A DNA stretch of 64,000 nt, from the NCBI GenBank assembly GCA_977030845.1, contig OZ365118.1, forward strand, positions 21,328,001-21,392,000, in the 5' to 3' direction. Shown piece by piece: positions 52,348-63,820 of this stretch (its first letter is position 1; each line of letters starts with the position of its first letter). The translations under genes were made by a program, and so were the position numbers. This DNA is from Fimbriosthenelais zetlandica (Eukaryota). The notes under the pieces are model-generated. The model ran no database searches. It saw only the letters and a list, made by a program, of their open reading frames with translations, and was not told the DNA's origin.

Positions 52348-52797
52348 TATATATATATATAGGGAGCGTAGTGGTCCCAAGCACACCAAGACATTATTTG
52401 CCCCAACCAACAGCGATCCCAGTCTAAGTTAATTAAGGCTAGGAAAGCCCATGTCAAGCCTTGGCTTCCAACTTAACTCAATCTTACAGGTTGTCAGTCA
52501 AACTTACTATAAAATGCCAAGCTAGCCAGACTACTATAGGTATGTATATGGTGGGGAGGCTAGAGGGTGGAGGCTGAGGTGGGGGGTGGGGGGGGGGGGG
52601 GGCTCTATCAACCCCTCCACCCTGCCAATAGCAAATTACCTCCCTTCCTTTTATGACGTGAGCAGATCTATGCCCACACTTGCCATGCCTTCTGCCAATG
52701 AGAATGGGAAACTATCCATTAAGGGGTGGAGCTGGGGATCCATATAGGCGGGAGTGATGTTAGGTTTAATATCCCGGCATGATTTACACCTACTTAC

Positions 52798-52841
52798 CTA
52801 CAGTAATTAGCAGCACACCTGCCGCACCAAAACACATCCAT
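52798..52841 (-). CDS. Candidate alternative first coding exon, MDVFWCGRCAANYC (Cys-rich), phase-2 donor
   Basis: GTAATGG start context, 14 codons plus AG, consensus donor TAG|GTAAGT. Confidence 0.6.
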
Positions 52842-53095
52842 TACACAAAGACTCCAGATTTATATTATGGTTGTTTTGATACGAGTACATTGCAATTAAA
52901 GATTATTGGCTTTTGTTCTTTGCAGAATATTAATTATGAATTTTCCAAAGCAGCAGTCCTTCATATTTTATTAGGATCAAGGGGACGATTTCTTTATCGT
53001 TTAAAGTCAGCTACCTTAGAAAACACACTGTCTGCAAACAATGGCCTGTTTGTCACAACGGCAGCAATAGATATCTTACAAGTCTCTCATCACAG

Positions 53096-53136
53096 GCAGT
53101 GAGAGACAGTGAGAGGCAGTGAGAGACAGTGAGAGG
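53096..53136. repeat. 10-bp tandem repeat (RCAGTGAGAG) x4
   Basis: Directly visible, next to a SINE fragment. Confidence 0.75.
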
Positions 53137-53146
53137 TCTGGCCATG

Positions 53147-53194
53147 TACATGCCTCATACCAGAGGCAGTGGGAGACATGTCTGGCCTCTGATA
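53147..53194 (-). mobile_element. SINE family fragment
   Basis: TACATGCCTC...CAGTGGGAGACATGTCTGGCCTCTGAT. Confidence 0.65.
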
Positions 53195-53759
53195 GACCAT
53201 GTATTTGCTCTATTTTGATATTCAATATGGATCATATGATTTTTCTCATTAGAAGCAATTACGGGGCCTGCCACCAGACGGAAATATCCACCTTAGATTG
53301 GGCCGTGCCTGCCTGGATGACAAATCCACGTGGCTACGGTAGTAGGCAGGAGGAGGGAAGTGATCCATCTTTTTGTTTGTTTGGATCGCGGGGGTAAATC
53401 CGGGGGTTAATCTATAGGAGCTGTTTAAGGAGGCTGGCAGCTTGATACATCCCTCTAACTAATGCTAGTCCTTAACTAAGGCAAACAAGCTTAGTCACAT
53501 AGAGCGGGCAGGCTTACCTAATGCTGACTGATCAACCTGGTGATAGAGGGATGAACGGTGCAGCAAGTTCAACACTACCAAACTAGGTTAATGACTGTAA
53601 TATAATGCATTCTAATTTGTATATCATTTAAGATATCATATATTCAATGATATTCCGCTTCCGCCTCTGAATGATTTCTCAGATGTCGGAAAGCAATTGT
53701 CAAAAAGCATCATGGACTTGATACAGAACAAACAGAATCGGGTTTCATTTTAGGACATC

Positions 53760-53910
53760 GCATGGGTTTTTTCTGGGGTAGAATCATCCAGCTTGGGTTA
53801 CATTTGGTGCATGGGTTTTTTTCTGGGGTAGAATAATCCAGATTGGGTTACATTTGGTGCATGGGTTTTTTTCTGGGGTAGAATAATCCAGATTGGGTTA
53901 CATATGGTGC
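53760..53910. repeat. 49-50-bp tandem repeat x3
   Basis: GCATGGGTTTTTTCTGGGGTAGAATAATCCAGATTGGGTTACATTTGGT; units start at 53760, 53809 and 53859. Confidence 0.92.
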
Positions 53911-55834
53911 AGGACAGAAGAGGAATTGGGATAATATGAACAAGGGAATTGTGAGAGGAATAAGGCGGAGTCTCATGAATGACTTTTAGGGTAGTTTTTT
54001 TGGAGGGATGAAATATGATTGAGATTGAAATATGAGAATGTTTACATATAGATCGACATAGTTCAGGAAATCCAATACTGTCTTATCTCAAATTTACAAT
54101 GCTCGCATCAAAAAGTGTATTAGGCAAAAATTTATAGGCAATACTTGATCTCCGAATGCGCTACCCATTCAATGAATGCATAAGCACAAGAACCCATGAA
54201 TTGACACCAGTATATGTAATAGAACACCAGCACCTTACACCTACCATTCACCCATGTGTGTGACAGTGAACATACGTGTGAATGTGGACGACTGGCGCAA
54301 AAAACCCACCTTTGATCACAGTTACCCGGCAAGCCGTACAAAGCACTTGAGGCTGATTGAGAAAAACAGATAAAGAAATGATAGGATCTCACTATACATA
54401 TAGCCGGTGGTATTATGTTTCATTAGTGGTAATATCCCTGAGAGAGGAGAGGAAGATCTGAGGTATCAGATGACATCCCCACCCCTCAGCTATTGCTATG
54501 TTTTCTATATATTCGGAAATATATTGCCGTTATTTAATATGAAATAAGCTACAGATACTAGTCTAAGTGCACATTTTTCTTGCTTATGGATAGAGAAATG
54601 TCAGATTTCTATGTGAAACTTCACCAAATAAATATCCAGATACATGTAAAATGCAGTAGTTAGAAAGACTGCCTTAATGTTGCTTGGCCTATATGGCTGA
54701 GCCTGTGATCGGGGAGAGACAAAGGCAAGCTTCTCCAGGCGGGCTAATGTAGGTGTGTGTGAACCCTATAGGTGATCAAAGTGGCGAGCAGCTCACCAGT
54801 AGTCTCCTGTAGAGATTAATCCCCGCCCATCTCCCGTCACCAATCAGATCATTGCTCTCACAGTCCGCCACATCACAGACAGCATATATAGCTCTGCTCT
54901 TTACCCCTCTCTCAACAATTAGGCATGAAACGAAGGTATTTTCTTTGTGGGTCTGTGTCTGCCAATACAAGCATGGGGTATGGAGCGAACATGTACTGAT
55001 TCCAGTTCAAGCACAGCGGGAAATTCATGGCATTATTAACATGGTAATATGGGTTATTCGTAGGGGGTTGATGTGCCTTTTCCAGACAAGGAAATATGAT
55101 AAAATTATTGGGGTAATAACATTGTATAGGGTATTCGTAGGGGGCTGGTGGATCGAAGTGAGTAGATAGAAAAGCAAAGTTGAAATATATACCTGGAACA
55201 GTCCAACATTTTCTTATACTACTTACTGTTTTATGGGCATGTTTTAGGTGAATTAAGCCAACAGAATCTAACATACTCCTGGGACAATTTGATTGCATAT
55301 CCATTTGGCCAAAGCTTTTCTATGGATAATTTAGTATGGGTTTTTCACCATCAAAAACTCAAGGTAAGTGAAAAACTCTGAGGTCAGTTGGTATAAACAC
55401 AGTGTAGTTGTTAGAAGTCGGCAGTCTGAGGTAGGAGGTGGGAGGCAACATGGTCCATTAATCTATGTCAGGACTAGCCATGTAAATCAAGCTAATCCTT
55501 CTATGTGATCAGCGATAATCTTAGCCTGATTATCAAGGCAGGACTGGCATGAGATTAGCTCAGTCTTAAATCCTCACCACCGTCCTGGACTGTCAGTGAG
55601 GACGTGTATATTATAGAGGGTTTATCAGCCATCTATACAGACTATCAGACATCCACCATATTATACCTCATAATATATGTGGGGCTGAAGGTGGAATGAT
55701 TTCACTATAGGAGTAGATAAGCTTCCATATTAATCCATAAACCAGTGAGTGGGAGTGAGTGGATATTTAATGTAGAGTCAAAATATTTTCAACTGCCTCA
55801 GGTGAAGTAGAAAACACGCTGATGTCCACTTCTC

Positions 55835-55925
55835 CAAGGGACAATAGCAATGCGAAGAAAGCTTGGGGAATTGAACTGAAGACCTGTCATATTCAAGTCG
55901 ATCAATCTATGACTTGCGCCAAGGC
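55835..55925 (-). mobile_element. Degenerate tRNA-like SINE head
   Basis: Minus strand has A-box-like TGGCGCAAGT, B-box-like AGTTCAATTCCC, then TTGTCCCTTGGAG. Confidence 0.4.
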
Positions 55926-55995
55926 CTGACCACTTTATTATTTAGTATGTGACAGGTCTTGAATGGATATATTTCAACAGTAATACTTCGGTCCA

Positions 55996-56220
55996 CCTAT
56001 AAAGGTAGATCCATCACTAGGAATTTCCTGCCATGACGTCCTATATATGACGTAATAAAACCACCAGGATATGACGTCACGTCATATATGACGTCACTCA
56101 GGGCTGACGTGACGTCATTAAGGAGCGGCGTCCATTAATGGGAGCGTTTCACCCCGGGGTAAACAAGGGTGTCAGCGAGGCGTCACGCACTGTCACGGAC
56201 CGTCACAAAAGTGACGTGTG
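55996..56220. promoter_or_regulatory. Dense CRE (CREB/ATF) and CArG (SRF) module of the immediate-early type
   Basis: TGACGTCA at 56072, 56089 and 56110; TGACGTCC at 56034; TGACGTAA at 56048; CCTATAAAGG at 55996; CCATTAATGG at 56132; GGAATTTCC at 56020; GTAAACAA at about 56159. Confidence 0.75.
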
Positions 56221-56857
56221 AATCAATAGCTGACATATATACTGACGGCGCCTTAACAAACACAGGTGGATTTCAATCTATTCCCAGCTGATCCTGGAGA
56301 GAGGCGCCGGTCAATAATGGGCCCATTGCAGCTGGTTTCACGGCCAGTTTCTATTCTTTGAAGTGGGTGTTTCTTATAGGTTTTACTCAGGGAGGGAAGA
56401 GGGCTTCCAAGGACAGCTATATAATATATGCTATTTTAAAAAGAATACTTCATATATATATATATATATATTTAAATAAGACACCCATCTTATCATCGAC
56501 CAAAAAACTTGCTTCAGAAAAAGTGCTTCAGAATATTCATTTTGAAGCGCATGAAATTACTTTCCGACCAAGGAAGAAATATAAGATAGGATAGCCATAT
56601 TCTGAATATTACTTATGAAAAAACAATGTATAGTATATTAAGGTAAAATGGCTGGATATTTTAAGCACAAGCAGGAACAGTTATTTTGAAACAGAGAATA
56701 TTGTTTCAGCCTACACATATATATGTATTGACACATTATACCGGGCGGACCAAGTGCGCCAGCCATAAACAGATGTAGTGTGCAAACTCTGACTCGCCAT
56801 CATGTTTACCTAGCGGCCAAACCCTATAGACAATGTGATGATCAGCACAAAGTAATA

Positions 56858-57078
56858 GAGAGAGATGGAGAGAGGATGGAGAGGATGGGAGAGATGGAGA
56901 GAGAGAGGATGGGAGAGATGGAGAGAGAGGATGGGAGAGAGGAAGAGAGGAGAGGAGAGAGAACAGAGTCGGATAGAGGAGAGAGGAAGATGGAGAGAAA
57001 GAGGTAGAGAGAAGACTGTGAGTGGGAGAGAGGGAGATGGGAGAGATGAGAGAAAAAGAGATGGAGAGAGGAGAGACT
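56858..57078. repeat. GA-rich low-complexity polypurine tract
   Basis: GAGAGGATGGGAGAGATG-type units. Confidence 0.9.
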
Positions 57079-58953
57079 AAGATAGTTGTCAAGTATAACC
57101 ATGGGGCTGTATGTATATTGTGGGAGGAACACATCCATCCTGCCGCCTAATGACACTATCTCCTGTACGACTCACAGAGGAGCAAGTCTTATTACACGTC
57201 ACCCCGCCCACATGTCCCAGGTGAATGTTCTCTAAATATCTGCTGAAATACTGGCTAAACTGTTGCCATCTTGCGTTGAAAGTAGAAATCTAAATTCTAC
57301 AACATTGGTCATATTCTATACACAAAGTGACATCATAGAGATAAGAATTAGTTGTTGCATTCATGGCATCATAAATATATGAAATAAACAATCGAAATAC
57401 AATATTTTTCTGAAATATGTTTGACCAGGAATTTCCTGGTATTTTCCAAACCATAAATACACCCCACACTTCAAAGCATCTCTTCCATATCCAAAACCCA
57501 ATGAAAAGATGAAAGGAAAAGAACATGGCAAACCTTCGCGCAAAATTCCTAAATGTATTTTTTCGGGATTATGATCTACTTCGGGGGAAATAAAGAGAAT
57601 GGGAAAAACAGAAGCCTGGGGGTTTGTGTCTTTGTGTGGATCCTGATGCCCACTTCTGGAGATCATCAGTGAGAGCTCAACATCAGAACATGAAAGACAA
57701 GTGCTGTCACCTCGCGTGTCAAAACAGAACTAATAAGCTGGCGAGGGGGCAGACTAAACTTGTTAGAGCACTCGTCAAAACCAGGCGAGGATCGTGTATC
57801 AGGTGAGAGCCGTCAACATGATTAATATAGCCGGCTGTACAGGTATTAACACACGTCTGTACTGGCAATATTCTAGAATATTCAGCAAGAAATAATCTTT
57901 TATTAGAATACTCCATGTGAAATTATAGAAATTAAGAGATATAATAAAATTCCCTGATTTTAGGCGTTTTATCAAAATGTCCTGATTTCTTCCTGATGGG
58001 ATAAAGGTAAAGGATTTTCCCAGTTTTCTCACGACGGGTGGGAACGATGGTATATACAACCTAGTATATAAAGTAGTTAACATTCCATGGCAAATTAATC
58101 TATACATATGATATTACATGTTATCTAACCATATGAATTCATTTGTAGTGTTTAGTTTCATTGAACCTAGAAATTGTAATATATTGAGATTGAAGGCAGT
58201 ATTAAAGGTATACTTGTATAAAATATGATAAGGTGCCAGTAAGAACCTGAGCGTGGTAATGGCTAACATGTAAATCTATACAAATTTAACCTTCAAAGGA
58301 AAGACACGGCACAACATCCAAAGATAAGATAACCAAACCAAACTGTCAACAGAATATTGAACTACACAACTATAAGTTTAAGAGATACTATGCGGCAATG
58401 CTGGAATGGTACAGCACTGCCATCTAGAGCCAAATATGAAAATCATATTGATCCTCGATCACAGTGGATTCTCACGACTGGTGGCGATGGGGTGAACTGA
58501 GTCAAATCATCCACAAAAAACCTAGATAGAACAGAAGGGGAACCATTGACTGGGGGAAATAAACTATAAATAAGGCTGAAACTATGTGGAAAACCTAATA
58601 TACAGAGTGTGAAATTATACACACAACTAAAGTATACTTTAAGTTTGACTTTTAAAACTAGATTCCAAACAATATGTAGATGTACAACAATGTGATCAAG
58701 ACAACTAGTGAAAAAATATCCAAACAAACATATGATCATTACACAACCATCCTTCAATATATAGTTGTGAAATGGGTGCCAAAAAATGGCCAACAATAAT
58801 AAGAATCAAAAGGAATCAAGAAGAACAAAACAACAACAACGCAAATGGTAGGAAAGCTACCAACACATATTGAAAACCACTATGATATATACAAAGCTGT
58901 AGACAAAATGTTCACAACACTGAAGTAGAGGAAGTTGTGAGGGAGAATCTGAC

Positions 58954-58997
58954 CTGGCATTGTTGTTATTTCGGTTGTTGTCTCCTTGATGGACCAT
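58954..58997 (-). CDS. Candidate alternative first coding exon, MVHQGDNNRNNNNA, phase-2 donor
   Basis: Consensus Kozak CCCACCATGG; donor CAG|GTCAGA of moderate strength. Confidence 0.35.
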
Positions 58998-59033
58998 GGT
59001 GGGAGGAGGAGACGAGGAGCAGCCTGGTGTCAC

Positions 59034-59071
59034 CGGACCACCGACACACGCTGACACCTTCTCGATCCCAT
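59034..59071 (-). CDS. Candidate alternative first coding exon, MGSRRCQRVSVV (Gly2, Cys6, basic), phase-2 donor
   Basis: ATAATGG start; donor CCG|GTGACA, weak to moderate. Confidence 0.3.
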
Positions 59072-59830
59072 TATTGTTTGTGGCTTGATAAAAATACAGC
59101 AAGAGTATGGACTTAATTTGTAACTTGGAAATTGGGGAAGAATATTATGATATATGAATACATGTACATCAAACACTGAAATTATGTGACATATCATAGT
59201 TCCTTGACTGAAATTATGTGACACATAGAATATCACTGATTGAGATTAAGCGACACATCAAATGTGGATGTGACACAACAAATAGTATTGGTTTATATTA
59301 TAGAGCAAAAATGTATTCTGTACGTTTCAATAATATGTGATAATATTGAAAAGAAATCTAAGGAATTGTTTCATGGCAGAAACCATGATGTTCATGTAGC
59401 AATATTACAAGAAGGGTAAAATATATTCATTCTTCAGTAACTGATTCTTCGCAGATTCAAAGATGTTTAATATTGTTTCGTCTTGTAAAGTGGGGTAAGT
59501 AGACGGTTAGAGGGACTAGTTGAGGAGCTTGTCTCTGTAAATATTCTCAGTCATGTTCTGAGAAGCCTCGCCGGCTCAAATTTATCCCTTGTTTGTCATG
59601 GAGGAGAAATCTATCTTGTTAACTTTGACAGTGATAAATTTCCTCCTGGCTAGAATTTCTTTTTTCCACATAATTCCCGGCTCAAGACGGGATAACTTTA
59701 CTCAAGCTGCCAAACGCCAAGTGAAATATCTACTTGGCTTATGTCAAATGGCCAATATATCTCAGCGGGTAGAAGGGGCGAGGGGGCTCAAGGGCTTGCC
59801 TAAAAAATGAGATATAGGGGGTCGGGTTGA

Positions 59831-59872
59831 GGGGCGTGAGCAGGGGCGTGGGTTATGCACGAGTTGGGGCGT
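59831..59872. promoter_or_regulatory. Triple Sp/KLF GC-box cluster
   Basis: GGGGCGT at 59831, 59843 and 59866, about 0.8 kb upstream of the 59.0-kb candidate first exon. Confidence 0.35.
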
Positions 59873-61850
59873 CTGTAGGAAAGGGTACAAAATATATGAT
59901 TTGTTTCTATTTACAAGAACACAAACCTGATCAATCTGTCAGTCATATTTTTTTAATTATTTGATGAAGTTTTTTATATGCGTTTGTGATTTATTGAGTG
60001 TAATTTTGATATAACTTGTGCAGTAGAGAGTTTTGAAAAATTAAACATATGAAATAAAAATATTAGCAAAGATATCTTTACCTCAAATTATTTCTATCTG
60101 TGCAACGTAAAAGATGATTTTTAAATTTGAGCCTATGAGGTGTTGAAAGTCTGCGTTTCTCTAAGTACTTATTCACCCTCAGAAGTACAGACAAAACTTT
60201 AGGATTCTGTTTGAAGTTCATAAAAAAATTCCTACAAAGGTTGCTCAACTTGAGGAAAAGTTGAGCAGGGAAGGGCTGGGGAGTGTCAGAGATGTTTTTA
60301 CTGATAAAACAGCTCAAAATACCAATATGCACAGAATTAACATCCATGTTAAAACCAATAACAGAATGTTAAAAAAAAACATCCTTCTTCCATAAAACAA
60401 TTACTATTTATTGCCTAATTGTCCTTCAAAGAACAGTTTAAAGTCCAAACACCCTATAACTCTTATACATGAGAGCATCAGTCGGGATTGACAGCTAACA
60501 AATGAAAGCATCAATTATCAGCTTTGATCTGCTTGTCCAACTTTCTTGTTAGACCATCTGCCAGTTTTTTGTGCGTTTTTTTTTTGTTTCTTTTTTTCAG
60601 CTAACATGGGGAAATAATGGGCCGCTTGTAACGCTGCCTATTTCCCATAGAATTGATGCAGTAAGCTGAGGCTGGCCGTATATATGTAACACACACCAGT
60701 GGTAAAAGGCTATGAGATAAACAGGGGGAGATGATAAGCTGGAGGGAGGTGTACCAATAACAGGGTCTTTTTAATGTCTGACATCTTTACTCCCCGGGGG
60801 AGAACTATATCACAAAGGTCCCATATGCTTCACAAGATAGAAGCATGGAAACATAGTCAGTCACCACTTCATAGTACAAAGGTGTCTACTGCTAAATGAT
60901 ACGACATTTTATATAGGTTTACTTATATTCGTATAGCCATCGTGGGCATATTTCGCCCTATATTTTCCAATAAGCAGATAATAAATTTCCTGTGAAACAA
61001 CTGGCTCCAAATAAAACCCACTAATACCGAAATAACAGCCATAATTGCGCTGAGCAAAACAAAAAAAGAAACCAATTGGATGTACATGTATGTTGTTGGC
61101 CGGCTCCAGTGGTGAGACCCCCCCCCCCCCCCCCCCCCCCCTTGGCTGGTCTCCAGTAAGATAAAACAAGCATGATGACACATGTCTTGGTGAGTTAGGT
61201 CCATCTCACAGTGTGTGTCTAGACCCTCCACACTGTCAACACCTCGCGCTCCTCACCTCACTTTATACACCACTAAACTGACTTAATACCTCAAAGAAAA
61301 ACTAACCTTTACTTAACAACAATTCGCTATATAACCTTTCATGTGGTGGGGCAGGAGAAAACTATATTCTCACTCTAAAACTTCAAGGTAGAAAAATACC
61401 TAATGATACTATATGTTTCAGATATTTCACACTGTCACATGTAAGTAGTATATGAGATGGACATTATCAGAATTCTGAGATTAAAATATGATAAATCAAT
61501 GTATTTGAAAAGTGAAATTTCAATAGGATGCGTACATGGGTAGTATTGGTATCCTGGGTGAGGCATCAGCTGTGGTGGGATAGAGTCAGATGAAGTGAGA
61601 ACAGTGGGTTATACATGTCAATCATTCCTCCAGCGAGTCACTCCTACTCCAGGCACGCCATGGAGCAGTCCCCACCAGCCAGTCATAGACACACATACCT
61701 CCAGGGTGTCCTCCAGATCCCATCCACCACCCATACATTATCATTCCACCACTCTTACACTCTATACCATGTATGTGATGGTCCGAAAAAATGTCAGCTT
61801 CAGATGAATGGGTGGATATTTGTTTAAAGTTCAGACAGATTTTTCAGCAC

Positions 61851-61929
61851 AAGGAAACATGCTGTCGGCAAACAATGAACTGCTCTTGTCGAACGGCAGC
61901 AATAGTTCTTTTACACGCCTCTCAGCACA
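61851..61929 (-). mobile_element. SINE family fragment (3' part)
   Basis: AAGGAAACATGCTGTCGG...GGCAGCAATAGTTCTTTTACACGCCTCTC. Confidence 0.75.
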
Positions 61930-62780
61930 AGTTTAAAATTCAGTGATAGCATTATATTAATTCCAATATTGAGTGGATATTTCTTTAAGGTCCAGTCAGC
62001 TAGTTTCCAGTTGTCTCAGGATGAGTCATTCCAATATAATTGCTGTGCGGAACGATATAAATCACAACAGTGTCAGTGTATTTTGAGAGGATTTAGAGCA
62101 GCAATTAACTGCAGAATTACACTGTCTTTTACAGTGTAGACTGGGCTCATCAGAACAGAGTGTGGACTTGAAGACATTGGTTGAGAAAAGCGTTTGAGAG
62201 GCTCAACAAGCAGGCGCGATGAGAGAGGCACAACACGAGCCTACCACCAGCTGAGTAGTCAAGTTGTGCCTGGGCAAACACACTTAGCCAGAGAGTGTAT
62301 AGGGTAAAGTGATTATCCCTCAGCTGCTGGCATATAGATGAGCTGCTCCCAGAGTTGCTCAAGTAGCAATGAACTCAAGGCTGGGACTTGTTTGTTTGTT
62401 CATAGGCTGAGATGCTCAATGTGTCCCTCCCTGGTGGAAATGGATTGACAAAGTTCAATGTGGAAGACACAACTGGATTTTTAAAATAAATATTTTGATA
62501 AATAGAGGGCTAGGTGTTCAGCAATATATCTGAGCCCAGTTTCATAAAGTAGATTATTTATTATGTAACGGGACTCTGGTTAGCATGTATTCAGTGATCT
62601 ATTGGGGCTTCCATGTGATATATCAATCAGGGGTATCTACCATGGGGTTCTATATGATAGATTGTGGCTTCCCTGGAATAAGCGCTTCCCAAGATAACGC
62701 CGGATGATAAGAGGCAAGGGTCGAGGTATAGATGTTCTAAGGGTCTATATGAGGGGTCCCTTAGGGGATCATATGTGCTA

Positions 62781-62870
62781 CACTTCAGCTTAGTAATGGT
62801 CACTTGGCTTAGTAATCGTCACTTGGCTTAGTAGTGGTCACTTAGCTTAGTAATCGTCACTTGGCTTAGT
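62781..62870. repeat. 19-bp tandem repeat, about 4.5 copies
   Basis: Unit GCTTAGTAATCGTCACTTG. Confidence 0.9.
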
Positions 62871-63734
62871 CAATTATTGACAAGTATTTGTGGCTTTGCT
62901 GTATTTTTTCCTTTATGTAAATGAGCAAATGAATATTTCCAGTACTTTCCAATATAAATATTGCTTCCAAATCAGTTCTAGGCACTTGCCTACTGAAACA
63001 CTGCAAGGACGACAAAGATTGTCAACTGCTTCAGAAAAAGTTAGTATTAATCCAGACAATATAATCAGGAATCAATCAATATGATCCAGTATGGCTGAGA
63101 TAATCCAATTAGACATTCACATGGATATGTAGGGCGAGTTCCAGAACCAGAACTTGAGTGAAAAGAAAGTAAATATTAAACCACACTCTCTTCAAAAAAG
63201 TACATGGAATCAAGCCAATATCCTCAAGTATGGCATTAATAATCCAAATAGACATCCAGTGCTAGATCCCGACCAGAGCTCAACTTAGTGAAGAGAGAGC
63301 GAATACAATGAATATACAATACTGTCTCAGCCGGGCACCTCCTGCCCTCCAGACATTTGGGGGTTGATTGGGGGCTAGTAGTAGTAGAGATTCAATGGTC
63401 ATTGACCGCTGACCAGCCATGCAGCACTGGTGAGTAGTGACCATCTGTGGTGGTAGACAGTAGTGATATAACAGGCGTGAGTAGAGCAGCTGTAGTGGTG
63501 GTAGGTGGTGGTGGTGGTGGAGGTGGTGGGTGTGAGTGGTGGTTGGGGTGGGGTAGATGGGATATACTACATGAGCATTTCACTCCTACTGTGATCATAA
63601 GGCTATAGTCCTGCTCTACCATCTTGGCATTTATATACGTTTCATAATATATGATAATAATTATTATGAAATGGGTCCTTTGTGATATAGGCTTAGGGGA
63701 GGTCATAGGGAGGTAGCATTGGGTCGAATCTTGG

Positions 63735-63820
63735 CTGTGGCTCAAGACTTTAATAGAACAGGTCCTGGGTTCAATTTCCTAAACATTCCACAAATTTGTA
63801 TGTCGTTGCCCTTGGAGTGC
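63735..63820 (+). mobile_element. Degenerate tRNA-like SINE head
   Basis: TGTGGCTCAAG ... GGGTTCAATTTCC ... TTGCCCTTGGAG, similar to the 55.9-kb head. Confidence 0.4.

Larger units (their letters stand above)
1..59071 (-). other. 5' region (alternative promoters, first exons and long introns) of a large minus-strand protein-coding gene; shared coding exons lie beyond the left edge
   Basis: Repeated ATG-to-GT-donor segments on the minus strand, all in phase 2, plus a phase 2-2 exon near the left end. No recognisable protein domain in the window. Confidence 0.6.

Noticed and set aside
50911-52457. Three long Pro/Ser/Leu-rich minus ORFs (431-499 aa) and repeated Gly/Arg-rich plus ORFs
   Set aside because: Artefacts of the G-rich minisatellite: the C-rich strand lacks stop codons in all three frames.
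60078-60347. 89-aa ORF ending at a phase-2 donor (GAG|GTAAAG)
   Set aside because: AT-rich with a 10-bp hairpin (60242-60267) and the look of a non-autonomous DNA transposon interior. Not counted as a first exon.
20905-62870. Tandem arrays considered as CRISPR-like
   Set aside because: Head-to-tail repeats without unique spacers, in eukaryotic DNA.
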